From NCBI GenBank assembly GCA_963772835.1, contig CAVYYZ010000012.1, positions 128,001-192,000 of the forward strand: a DNA stretch of 64,000 nt. The letters are read 5' to 3'. The first letter of the stretch is position 1. The number at the start of each line of letters is the position of its first letter. Of this stretch, positions 53,262-64,000 are shown one piece after another. Source of the DNA: an uncultured delta proteobacterium. GTDB lineage: Bacteria > Desulfobacterota > Desulfuromonadia > Geobacterales > Pseudopelobacteraceae. The translations under genes were made by a program, and so were the position numbers. The notes beneath the pieces were generated by a model, which had not been told where the DNA came from, made no database searches, and saw nothing but the letters and a program-made list of their open reading frames with translations.

Positions 53262-53462
53262 TTATCCTCCCCCGACAAAATGAACTATTTCTATTCTATC
53301 TCCATCTGAAAGAAGCTGTATTTCATAGCCGCTCTTTGGGACGATGACCTCATTCATCTCAACCGCCACTCGCTCGCTGCTGATCCCGAGATGTTGAAGC
53401 AGCTCCGCAATCGAGCAACCGTGCGTTGTCTCCACAGAATTACCGTTCAACACAATCTGCAT
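53262..53462 (-). CDS. thiS: Sulfur carrier ThiS
   Basis: 66 aa ending [17 protein letters not shown]. Confidence 0.96.
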   Translation of the reverse strand: MQIVLNGNSVETTHGCSIAELLQHLGISSERVAVEMNEVIVPKSGYEIQLLSDGDRIEIVHFVGGG

Positions 53463-53477
53463 ATCAACCTCCGCACA

Positions 53478-53502
53478 CAAAAAAAACCGCAGCAGCGGCT
53501 TG
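53478..53502 (-). terminator. Attenuator/terminator of the TPP riboswitch leader
   Basis: Minus strand reads AAGCCGCTGCTGCGG followed by a T tract, just before the thiS RBS. Confidence 0.5.
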
Positions 53503-53521
53503 TATTAATACATCAGTCGGT

Positions 53522-53606
53522 CGCGCTTCCCTACGCCGGCATTACCCGGATCAGGTACGAAGGGTCGCGGATTTACCGCTCTCAGTCGAAACTCCCCTAG
53601 CTTTGT
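53522..53606 (-). ncRNA. TPP riboswitch
   Basis: Minus strand CTAGGGGAG...CTGAGA...GACCCTTCGTACCTGATCCGGGTAATGCCGGCGTAGGGAAG, upstream of thiS. Confidence 0.96.
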
Positions 53607-53609
53607 CCC

Positions 53610-53638
53610 AAAGTAGACGATTGCCGACACTCTGTCAA
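53610..53638 (-). promoter_or_regulatory. Sigma70 promoter of the thi operon
   Basis: TTGACA-N17-TACTTT directly upstream of the TPP aptamer. Confidence 0.7.
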
Positions 53639-53936
53639 TTCAATTTTAGTCCGCCGGATCCGACCGTTCTCCCTTTTTTTGTACACAACAAATGATCTCC
53701 GCGCGGAAAGTGCAGAAGGTATTTTACGTACGTAACCTGCTTTATCGGGGATCCTGAAAATCCATTTGTTACCGCATACCATCTGTTATTCAATATAGTC
53801 ATGAACAGCGATAAGATAAACTGACATTTTTTTCGCAGATAAGCTGCTATCTATTGAAATTATTTTATAATTCTGGCATTGTGCCCGGTGCATGCGTGGC
53901 TTGTTCTGCAAGATCAGGTACCGGAGGACGGATAGA

Positions 53937-54281
53937 GTGGCAGATAAGCGTGATATCAGACGCATCAGGAAGCGCCTTTCGATTCGTTTTGGCATCGAAG
54001 ATGCGTCCAGAGTGGCGTTTACAGAAGATGTTTCAATGACCGGCATGTTTATCAAAACTCCCAACATTGTCCCTCCTAACTCAAAAATTAAAATAGAGTT
54101 CGTCCTCCCGGACGGGCCTAAAGTCGAGCTTGAAGCGCGAGTCATGTGGGCTAAAAAAGTGCCGCAGAATCTTTTTCATCTTGTCAAGAAAAGCGGGATG
54201 GGAGTTCGGTTTTTAAGTTTTTTTTCCGGTGAAGAAGCCTTTGATGAGTTTTTCGAAAGCATCGCAATACCACGCGACTAG
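53937..54281 (+). CDS. Stand-alone PilZ domain protein
   Basis: GTG start after GGAGG; RDIRR (RxxxR) and DVSMTG (DxSxxG) c-di-GMP motifs; GMGVRF. Confidence 0.88.
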   Translation: MADKRDIRRIRKRLSIRFGIEDASRVAFTEDVSMTGMFIKTPNIVPPNSKIKIEFVLPDGPKVELEARVMWAKKVPQNLFHLVKKSGMGVRFLSFFSGEEAFDEFFESIAIPRD

Positions 54282-54377
54282 AAAGGTGGAACGTGCTTCC
54301 TGCGGTGTTTTGCAGAAAATCTGTTTGCTGACACACGTATTCTGTGTATCCGTTTCCGCTACAGGGGTTTTATTGGT

Positions 54378-55469
54378 ATGTGCAGAAAAATATTCATAGG
54401 GGCAACGGGGCAGCATTGCGGAAAGACGACCATCAGTCTTTCGCTGATGCATCTTGCACGCAAAAAGTACGCACGGGTCGGGTTCATGAAACCGCTCGGC
54501 CCCAAATGGATGGAGTTTAACGGCACAATCGTTGACAAAGATGCAGCCATGTTTTCCACTGTCTTTGGGGTTGAGGAGGATGTTGCACTCATGTCTCCGG
54601 TGACACTCGCCCCGGGAACAACACGCCGGTTTCTCGACGGTGAGATAGACTCGGAGTCACCCGCAAGGGAGATTCGCGCTGCCTGCGCCGAACTGGAGAA
54701 AAAGTATGATTTCCTGATTATAGAGGGTGCAGGCCATGGGGGGGTCGGTTCGGTTGTCGGGATGAACAATGCCCGAATAGCAGCTGAACTGAATGCGCCG
54801 GTACTATTGGTGACCGGTGGAGGTATCGGTAATGTTATTGATGCCGTTGAACTAAATCTTGCACTATATCAGCGTGAAAAAGCCGACGTACGGGTTATTA
54901 TGGCCAATAAACTGGTGCCGGATAAAAGAGCTGATTCCCTTGAGTATTTACAGAAAGCTTTCGCCGGCAGCGGCATCCTGGTAACAAGTGCCTTTGATTA
55001 TCTACCGGTTCTCGCAGATCCGACGTTACTTCATGTTTCCGAACTTCTCGGTTTACCGCTTAATGGCGGTTCAACCGAACGGAGCCGCCTGTGCCATACA
55101 ATCCAGCTCGGCGCAGCTTCTTCGCAGATTGTAATTGATCATCTGGAAGCATCCACCCTGTTGATTGTTACCAGTTCGCGTGACGAGTTGATTGTTACGG
55201 CTTCGGCACTGCACCATATACCTGAATACAAAGAGCGACTCGCGGGGCTTATTATCGCCGGCCACGTACCGGTTTCCAATATAACCCAGCGAATCCTGGA
55301 CGATAGCAACATACCGTACATCCGCATTAAGGAGACCTCCTCGGAAACATTTTATCGTTTACGTGAGCACGTCTCAAAAATAGGTCCCGAAGATCTGGAG
55401 AAGATAAATCTGATAAACTCGATTGCTGAACGCTATATCGATTTTGATGCTATCGATGCCATGATTTGA
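54378..55469 (+). CDS. BioD-like P-loop plus DRTGG-like protein (resembles the Pta N-terminal region without the catalytic domain)
   Basis: ATGQHCGKTT, GFMKPLG, IIEGAGH and degenerate DRTGG-like IVTSSRDE. Confidence 0.75.
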   Translation: MCRKIFIGATGQHCGKTTISLSLMHLARKKYARVGFMKPLGPKWMEFNGTIVDKDAAMFSTVFGVEEDVALMSPVTLAPGTTRRFLDGEIDSESPAREIRAACAELEKKYDFLIIEGAGHGGVGSVVGMNNARIAAELNAPVLLVTGGGIGNVIDAVELNLALYQREKADVRVIMANKLVPDKRADSLEYLQKAFAGSGILVTSAFDYLPVLADPTLLHVSELLGLPLNGGSTERSRLCHTIQLGAASSQIVIDHLEASTLLIVTSSRDELIVTASALHHIPEYKERLAGLIIAGHVPVSNITQRILDDSNIPYIRIKETSSETFYRLREHVSKIGPEDLEKINLINSIAERYIDFDAIDAMI

Positions 55470-55580
55470 CCCGTACAGCCTCCCGGCACTTCTACAAAAA
55501 ACCCACCAAAATATGTAAACGACTTATTATGTCGTATCCTGATGATACACTCCACTCATTCGATTAACGAGGGAGTGCAT

Positions 55581-55775
55581 ATGGAAGCGATCATGATAGC
55601 AGGAGTTGCCGTTGTAGCGGTCAGTGGCTGGTACTCAGCCTTCGATCTGCTGACAGACATGGGGATTCGGGTCAGTAAACGAAGCGCCACTGACAGTAAG
55701 AGCTGCGATTTTTCACGCGCCTGTCGTGTTGCGACGCAGAGAAGAGTCAAGCAGATGGCGGGGGTGAACGTTTGA
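55581..55775 (+). CDS. Small hypothetical membrane-anchored protein (64 aa)
   Basis: GAGGGAG RBS and a hydrophobic N-terminal helix; its 3' end overlaps ttcA in antisense. Confidence 0.5.
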   Translation: MEAIMIAGVAVVAVSGWYSAFDLLTDMGIRVSKRSATDSKSCDFSRACRVATQRRVKQMAGVNV

Positions 55776-56507
55776 AAGGGCTTTCAGCAGACTGCTCTTG
55801 ACATGCGGAATCTCGATTTGTAAATCCTTGAGCAACCGTTTCATCCGCTTACGCTGCATGTCCGCGGTGCCGCACACCGGACAGCAACAGCAGACAACCG
55901 GCAGTTTCATCTGACGGGAAAAAGTGACAATATCTTCCTCCGCGAGATAGACAAGCGGTCTGATTACGGTAATTATGCCGTTATCAGCCAGCATGGATGC
56001 AGACATCGACTTGAGGGAGCCGACAAAAAACTGGTTAAGCAGCAGGGTCTCAATAAAATCGTCCTGATGATGGCCGAGTGCCAGCTTATTGCACCCCATC
56101 GTCTGGGCGGCTTCGTAAAGCTCTCCCCTCTTAAGCCGCGAGCAGATCGAGCAGTACGATGATCCCGGCCGGCGTTTTTCCTTAATTATGGAGTAGTGCT
56201 CAGTGGGCACCATCCTGTAGGAAAAACCGTGTTCCCTGAAGAAAGCCTCAATAACATCGGTGCGGTAACCGGGGTATCCGGAATCGATATTGACAGCGAC
56301 CAGTTCAAATGACACCGGGGCCCTTCTTCGCAGTTCCTCCAGTACGAGAAGCATCGTGTAGGAGTCCTTGCCTCCAGAAACCGCCACCGCGATACGATCT
56401 CCCTCCTCGATCAGGCCGAAGTCAGAGATGGCTTTGCCAACACCATGACGCAGCTTCCTGAATAGCCGAAGATCCGTACATTCTGATGGATTTTTCGCAT
56501 CACGCAT
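55713..56507 (-). CDS. ttcA: tRNA 2-thiocytidine(32) synthetase
   Basis: PP-loop SGGKDS, CSICSRLKRG, ALGHHQDD and IRPL. Confidence 0.93.
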   Translation of the reverse strand: MRDAKNPSECTDLRLFRKLRHGVGKAISDFGLIEEGDRIAVAVSGGKDSYTMLLVLEELRRRAPVSFELVAVNIDSGYPGYRTDVIEAFFREHGFSYRMVPTEHYSIIKEKRRPGSSYCSICSRLKRGELYEAAQTMGCNKLALGHHQDDFIETLLLNQFFVGSLKSMSASMLADNGIITVIRPLVYLAEEDIVTFSRQMKLPVVCCCCPVCGTADMQRKRMKRLLKDLQIEIPHVKSSLLKALSNVHPRHLLDSSLRRNTTGA

Positions 56508-56517
56508 GTTCACCGCT

Positions 56518-57615
56518 TCAAACCCGCTCAAGAAAATTCCGCACCAAAGGTGCAAAGGTTTCATGTTCCAACAGGAACGCGTCGTGACCGTAAGCCGACG
56601 TGATCAGATGATACTCGACACTTTTCCCGAGATCCCTGCAGCAGGTGACCATCTCTTCCGTTTGATAGGGAGGATAAAGCCAATCAGAGCTGAAGGCATA
56701 AAACTGGATCGGCGCCTGAACCTGTGTAAAAGCCTCCGCCATTGATTCATATCCCCAGGCAACATCATAGAGATCGAGTGATTTTGCAAGATACAGAAAA
56801 GAGTTGGCATCGAAGCGATCGACAAAACTATATCCGTTGTAATTCAGATAGCGCTCTACCTCAAACTGACCGAAGAAATCGAACTGTCCGTCCCGGGCTG
56901 AAAACCGTCGTCCAAATTTGGCGTTCATCGATTCATCTGAAAGAAACGTAATATGCCCGATTCCACGGGCCAGAGCCAGTCCGTCCTTGGGATTGTGTTT
57001 ATATTCTCCCTTACGCCAGGTGGGATCATTAAAAATGGCCCAACGGGCAACAGCATTGAGTGAAATAGCCTGCGGCGAAGGACTGGGAGTTGTTGCCAGA
57101 ACAATTGCCGAAGCAATGCTGTCAGGGTACTGCGTGGACCATTCAAGGGCCTGCATGCCGCCCATGCTACCTCCCATGACCGTCAGCAGACGCCCGATGC
57201 CGAGTGCATCAATCAGTAATTTTTGAGCACGAACCATGTCGCGGATAGTAACTACAGGAAAAGAAAGGTTATAGCGTTTACCGGTTTTAGGATTGATTGA
57301 GGTGGGGCCGGTGGAACCAAAACAGGAGCCGATGACATTTGAGCAGATGACAAAATAACGGTCGGTATCGAGCAGACGGCCAGGGCCGACGATGGCATCC
57401 CACCATCCGGGCTTTGTTTCCGACTCGTCCCGTTTTCCAGCCAGATGCGCATCACCGGTCCAGGCATGTTCGACCAGAATTGCGTTGGTTTTCGACGCAT
57501 TAAGTGTGCCGTACGTTTCATAAACCAGTGTAATCGGCGCCAGTATCCGCCCGCTGTCCAACCGGATGCCGGCTTCAAAGGTTTTGGATTGTTCTGTTAT
57601 GTAAATTTCAGACAT
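56518..57615 (-). CDS. metX: Homoserine O-acyltransferase (MetX family)
   Basis: [16 protein letters not shown] nucleophile elbow and GHDAFLLE. The true start is MSEIY at 57615. Confidence 0.95.
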   Translation of the reverse strand: MSEIYITEQSKTFEAGIRLDSGRILAPITLVYETYGTLNASKTNAILVEHAWTGDAHLAGKRDESETKPGWWDAIVGPGRLLDTDRYFVICSNVIGSCFGSTGPTSINPKTGKRYNLSFPVVTIRDMVRAQKLLIDALGIGRLLTVMGGSMGGMQALEWSTQYPDSIASAIVLATTPSPSPQAISLNAVARWAIFNDPTWRKGEYKHNPKDGLALARGIGHITFLSDESMNAKFGRRFSARDGQFDFFGQFEVERYLNYNGYSFVDRFDANSFLYLAKSLDLYDVAWGYESMAEAFTQVQAPIQFYAFSSDWLYPPYQTEEMVTCCRDLGKSVEYHLITSAYGHDAFLLEHETFAPLVRNFLERV

Positions 57616-57648
57616 AAAAAAGCCCTTCACATAATATGAGAAGGGGCT
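57616..57648 (-). terminator. Expression-platform terminator of the SAM riboswitch
   Basis: Minus strand AGCCCCTTCTCAT-ATT-ATGTGAAGGGCT followed by a T tract that abuts the metX ATG. Confidence 0.75.
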
Positions 57649-57667
57649 GGCAAAAATACGCAGCACA

Positions 57668-57770
57668 CCTCTCATCTTTGCCTTTCGGCAGGAATTAGCA
57701 CCTGGCGTCATAATGACCGGTTGCTGTGGCTTCGCAGGGCCTTTTCCCTCCACCACTCTCGATAAGCAGG
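57668..57770 (-). ncRNA. SAM-I riboswitch (S-box)
   Basis: Minus strand CTTATCGAGAGTGGTGGAGGGA...GGCCCTGCGAAGCCACAGCAACC...GGTGCTAATTCC...AGATGAG. Confidence 0.96.
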
Positions 57771-57782
57771 TTTCTTTTTGAG

Positions 57783-57812
57783 ACGATACGAAATAACGCC
57801 TTATTTTGTCAA
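57783..57812 (-). promoter_or_regulatory. Sigma70-like promoter of the SAM riboswitch / metX
   Basis: TTGACA-N18-TATCGT. Confidence 0.5.
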
Positions 57813-57997
57813 TATAATTGAGTGCGCACCGCACTGTAGCGCCTCCCCGCCCGACACTCAATTTGAGTAGAAAAAACCCTGACTGTCTGGTATAGTTTTG
57901 GCTCGGTTTACTGAAAAGTAATAGATGCATTCGCGAAAAAGTTTTCTTAATCCTGATAAACTTATTTCTTACAGATTACGAACATGCGGGGTTTTTC

Positions 57998-59017
57998 ATG
58001 AAAAGATTCGTTGTTTGTTTACTTTTTGTTGCCGTGGCAATGCTCGGCTGTGCCCAGAATCATTTCAATATTTCTGTCGATAATTTCGCGGAAAAAGTTA
58101 AAGTTCTCGGGGTCGCACCGATTTTACTGGATGCCGGGTCCGACATCACCTACCCCCAAAAAGATCTGCTGATGCCGCTTATCTCTGATCTTAATCGAAG
58201 ATACGAGCCGTTGCTTGTGCGTAAAATCAAGGAGACCGGTAACTACTATGCGGTCACTCTGCTGACAGATGAACCGCAGCAGCTTTTCAGCACATTAATG
58301 GCGCGTCGGGAAAAACGAGATGATGCCGGAATTCAGTACAACAAATACTTTTTTAAAAATGATGAAATTGGTGCCTACATAAAGAAAAACCGTCTGGACG
58401 CGGTAATGGTGGTAGTCGTAAGCGGGCTGACCAAAACCAGTAAATTATATTCCAGCAATCTGCTGACGTCTCTTGAAACAGACTTCAATTTTTTGACGAT
58501 GACCGCCCAGATACTTGCTCCTGACGGTACAGTTCTGTGGGAGTACCCCAATTTTCGAGGACGGCTGTTGCCGTACTACCCGCTGGCCAACCTTCAATAT
58601 CCGGATTTCAGTGAGTCCGAAGCAAATCTGTCGCGAAAAACCGAGGTGCGCTTCAAGTCGCTTGACGGAATTCGCCGAACTCTCGAGCAGAAAAGAAACG
58701 ATTGGACCTTCCGTGAGACTACGGAACCTGAAGTCTATGGGAGATTGTTCGATGAAATAACTGCATTGATCAGACATTCAGTAGACAAAAAAAGAGCAGG
58801 TACAGTCGTTGAGGGCACACCTCAGTCGGCTCCGGAGGATGCATTGAAACCGGGTGAAGCCCCGGATAAAGCTGCCCCGACAGGGCCTGTACAAAACACT
58901 CCGACGGCACCGGCTCCTGCTGTCGAAACGCCAGCTGAATTGCCAGTGCAAAAAAACATTATTAATGCACCCGCTAATCGGCCGACCGGTCCGATCGAAA
59001 TAGTCCCGGCGACATGA
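57998..59017 (+). CDS. Hypothetical lipoprotein with a Pro/Ala-rich C-terminal tail
   Basis: MKR plus hydrophobic stretch plus lipobox MLGC; 339-aa ORF. Confidence 0.75.
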   Translation: MKRFVVCLLFVAVAMLGCAQNHFNISVDNFAEKVKVLGVAPILLDAGSDITYPQKDLLMPLISDLNRRYEPLLVRKIKETGNYYAVTLLTDEPQQLFSTLMARREKRDDAGIQYNKYFFKNDEIGAYIKKNRLDAVMVVVVSGLTKTSKLYSSNLLTSLETDFNFLTMTAQILAPDGTVLWEYPNFRGRLLPYYPLANLQYPDFSESEANLSRKTEVRFKSLDGIRRTLEQKRNDWTFRETTEPEVYGRLFDEITALIRHSVDKKRAGTVVEGTPQSAPEDALKPGEAPDKAAPTGPVQNTPTAPAPAVETPAELPVQKNIINAPANRPTGPIEIVPAT

Positions 59018-59036
59018 CACCCACGAGCCTTTTATT

Positions 59037-59065
59037 TTGACATGACACGCGGATTTTGCGACAAT
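59037..59065 (+). promoter_or_regulatory. Sigma70 promoter of hisZ-purA
   Basis: TTGACA-N17-GACAAT with an upstream TG. Confidence 0.65.
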
Positions 59066-59108
59066 CCGGCCTTTGCTGTTTACTAACTCCTGTTTAAATC
59101 AAGGATGC

Positions 59109-61711
<2,603 letters not shown>

Positions 61712-61733
61712 TTGGATTGGAAAACACACCGTA

Positions 61734-61773
61734 AACGTGGAAAGGCCGGCATCAATGCCGGCCTTTCCACGTT
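61734..61773. terminator. Perfect palindrome with 19-bp arms between convergent genes
   Basis: AACGTGGAAAGGCCGGCAT-CA-ATGCCGGCCTTTCCACGTT; no clear U tract. Confidence 0.55.
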
Positions 61774-61793
61774 CAAAGCCTCAATTCAGCGGA

Positions 61794-64000
61794 TCATCCC
61801 TTGGGGGTTTTTGCTTTTGAGATCCTCCGATTACCAGCCTTCTCAGACAGTTCGGTAAAAAGCCTGCTGCGGTAACCGACATCCTGAGCCAGCTTCATTC
61901 CCCGGGTGATAACGCGTTCTGCCTCCCCCATCCTCGTAGAAACAGCCCTGGCAGATACAGGCGTCGTACATTCATCTACCAGAAGCAATAGTGTCAGCCA
62001 CTCGTGCAGCTCCTCAAAACGTTCCTTGTTAAACCACGCAACGTTGTCACTGATATGATGCTGTAAAAATGCCCGACACGCTTCGAGTTCAAACAGCCCC
62101 TGCATCTGTTTCAGACTACCTGCATCAGCATCCCGCTCATCCGACCGCCACCACTGGAGCAGCGCAGAGAGCAGCTCGACAGCACAGCTGCTGAATTCCG
62201 GGTCACTCTCCCGCTGCAGATGCTTCAGCAGGGTGTAATCAAGCCCCCGACTGACCGGGTCAAGAGTCGTCTCACGCAGAATAAGCCAGGCCAGAAGCAG
62301 AGATCTGGCCGCTTGATCCGAGAATCCGGCGGTCAGCCGGAGCTGAAATGAGCGGGCATCGCTCGCTGTTGTCTTGTGACCACCAAGCGATGTAAAGCAC
62401 ACATACTTCTCAATAGCGACGCTCTTCTTCCGGGATATCTTCCGTGTAGCTTTGCCGGCGGCAGTACGTGGTTTGTCCCTCGGTTGTGCGTCCGGTTCGT
62501 CCGCATCAGCGCACGTCATAAACAGCCCAACGGCAAGCTGCAGTTCTGCATCCGTTGCGGCAGTTTCTCCTGATTCTTTCTCCTTTGCATGCAGCTCAAA
62601 GACGATACGGAATGCAGCATTTAACTCCGCATACCGCTGCTGCTTCCGTTCCTCCTCAAGAGAAATAACGCCCGTACCGTTCAGATGAGAATACAGCTGT
62701 TTCCATGAGCCATCCCGGTCATCACGGATCTCCCTGAAATTCATGAACACGTGGAATTGATATTCATCAAGTTCGACATACAGACCCTGCTCGCGCAGTT
62801 CACGACATGAACGGAGGTATTCCAATCCCTCCGTCTGGTCCCGGAACGCCAGATAAAAGCCCTCTTCACCTGCCGCGGCCAGTGCATCGGCAAGCGATGT
62901 TCTGTCGAGTCGGTTTTCTTCTCCTTCCCCGGTCACCAGAAATGAAGCCGATTCTCTGATCCAGCCGGAGGTTTTCGCGTGGCAGTTATGATAGAGCACC
63001 AGCGCCCTTTCTTCGCCAGCCCGGTTGGAATAGGCAAAGACATTTTCATCAACACGGTCGCCGGCATGGAAGTCATAGAGGACAAAGTTTTCCGATCCGG
63101 AAAAGAGCCGGCGGTGACGCAGCAGCGGGAAAATCCACATGTCATGGCCCCGTATCAATCCTTCATCAACCTGTTCATTCCAGTAGGCACGCTTATACTC
63201 CATGCCGTATTTCTCGTGGAAGCCCTCGATCTGTCCGTGACCGAACATCGGCAACCCGGGCATGGTTACCAGCAGTACGCAGGCACCGAAATATTTACCC
63301 TGTGAACCGAACTGAGCTACTGCTGTCTTTTCATCCGGATTGTTCATGAAATTGACGAACCGCTTGAGGATTTCGTGATTGAATTCCAGAACATTTTTGA
63401 TGGTGGTGCGATATTTTGCGTTCTCCTCAGCTTTGAGCATATTCATAAAAGCACTGTTGTACACGCGATGCATACCGAGTGTCCTGACGAAATATCCCTC
63501 CATCATCCAGAAGGCTTCTGCCAGCAGCAGTGTGCCGGGAGCCTCGACCGCCACACGGTCAACCACCTCGCGCCAGAATTCGATCGGGAATACGGCATCG
63601 AATTCCTCTTTGCTCATACCGTGCTCCGCACGCGACGGGACCCCACCGCCAAGGCCGCGCAGCGGAAACCAGAGGCGCTGGTAATGCTTCTTGGCAAGAG
63701 TCATGGCGGCGTCGAAGCGGATGATCGGAAAATTGCGCGCAACATGAAGAATAGTCTGAATGACTGATTCGCGCAGTTCGGGGATTAAATAATTGAGTTG
63801 GGCTGTGTCGTTCCAAGGGATACTGGTACCGTCGTTTCCGTGATAGATGTAGCGGGTGCGGCCGGTGGTGCGATCGTAATGTTTGAAAACCACGGCAGCG
63901 TCACTCTTGTTCCAGTATCCATCTTCGACCTGCAGGGACACATTTCTGTCGTGTGAAAGGTCCTCACCGGTAAATTGATACGTTGGAAACGGGGGGTAAT
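61794..64000 (-). CDS. Large alpha-amylase family (GH13) protein, 5' part outside the window
   Basis: Frame is open to the window end. W.DTAQLNY, IRFDAAM (nucleophile), LLAEAFW (acid/base), FMNNPDE and TMPGLPMFGHGQ. Confidence 0.85.
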   Translation of the reverse strand, partial: YPPFPTYQFTGEDLSHDRNVSLQVEDGYWNKSDAAVVFKHYDRTTGRTRYIYHGNDGTSIPWNDTAQLNYLIPELRESVIQTILHVARNFPIIRFDAAMTLAKKHYQRLWFPLRGLGGGVPSRAEHGMSKEEFDAVFPIEFWREVVDRVAVEAPGTLLLAEAFWMMEGYFVRTLGMHRVYNSAFMNMLKAEENAKYRTTIKNVLEFNHEILKRFVNFMNNPDEKTAVAQFGSQGKYFGACVLLVTMPGLPMFGHGQIEGFHEKYGMEYKRAYWNEQVDEGLIRGHDMWIFPLLRHRRLFSGSENFVLYDFHAGDRVDENVFAYSNRAGEERALVLYHNCHAKTSGWIRESASFLVTGEGEENRLDRTSLADALAAAGEEGFYLAFRDQTEGLEYLRSCRELREQGLYVELDEYQFHVFMNFREIRDDRDGSWKQLYSHLNGTGVISLEEERKQQRYAELNAAFRIVFELHAKEKESGETAATDAELQLAVGLFMTCADADEPDAQPRDKPRTAAGKATRKISRKKSVAIEKYVCFTSLGGHKTTASDARSFQLRLTAGFSDQAARSLLLAWLILRETTLDPVSRGLDYTLLKHLQRESDPEFSSCAVELLSALLQWWRSDERDADAGSLKQMQGLFELEACRAFLQHHISDNVAWFNKERFEELHEWLTLLLLVDECTTPVSARAVSTRMGEAERVITRGMKLAQDVGYRSRLFTELSEKAGNRRISKAKTPKG

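Noticed and set aside
57616..57930. 105-aa N-terminal extension of MetX in the ORF track
   Set aside because: It runs through the SAM riboswitch and its promoter, so it is not coding.

Overview
Mostly core chromosome of a Geobacteraceae/Desulfuromonadales-type deltaproteobacterium. This is an inference from the PpcA-type triheme cytochrome c7, the gene content and the moderately high GC. In order, the window holds: a TetR-regulated RND efflux operon; an mlaE-mlaF-mlaD-TolC-mlaC lipid-transport operon; csp; ygiQ; argC; rplM-rpsI; gatCAB followed by a lone cheY-cheA pair; two LolA-like genes; yajQ; rimO; a sigma54 two-component pair; proA; a DUF4388/roadblock gene pair; typA; cbiET-cbiL; ppdK; an orphan gspG; ppcA; a cluster-less MutY-like gene; uvrB; a PAS kinase / degenerate receiver / diguanylate cyclase / hybrid kinase block; gltX; an acyl-CoA synthetase; a TPP-riboswitch thiS-thiG-thiE-radical SAM operon; PilZ; ttcA; SAM-riboswitch metX; hisZ-purA; and a partial GH13 gene. 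I saw no tRNA, rRNA, transposase, integrase or cas gene. The most unusual items are: (1) an orphan repeat-spacer-repeat unit at 21121-21231 with two identical 37-nt CRISPR-like repeats, bracketed by a 10-bp direct repeat; (2) a DUF4388-roadblock / roadblock-barrel gene pair with no MglA, behind an AT-rich palindrome; (3) a TIGR01212-type radical SAM gene placed where ThiH would be expected in the thiamine operon; (4) a MITE-like inverted-repeat element before yajQ; (5) a TolC-like gene in place of mlaA. All family assignments come from reading motifs by eye; no searches were run.
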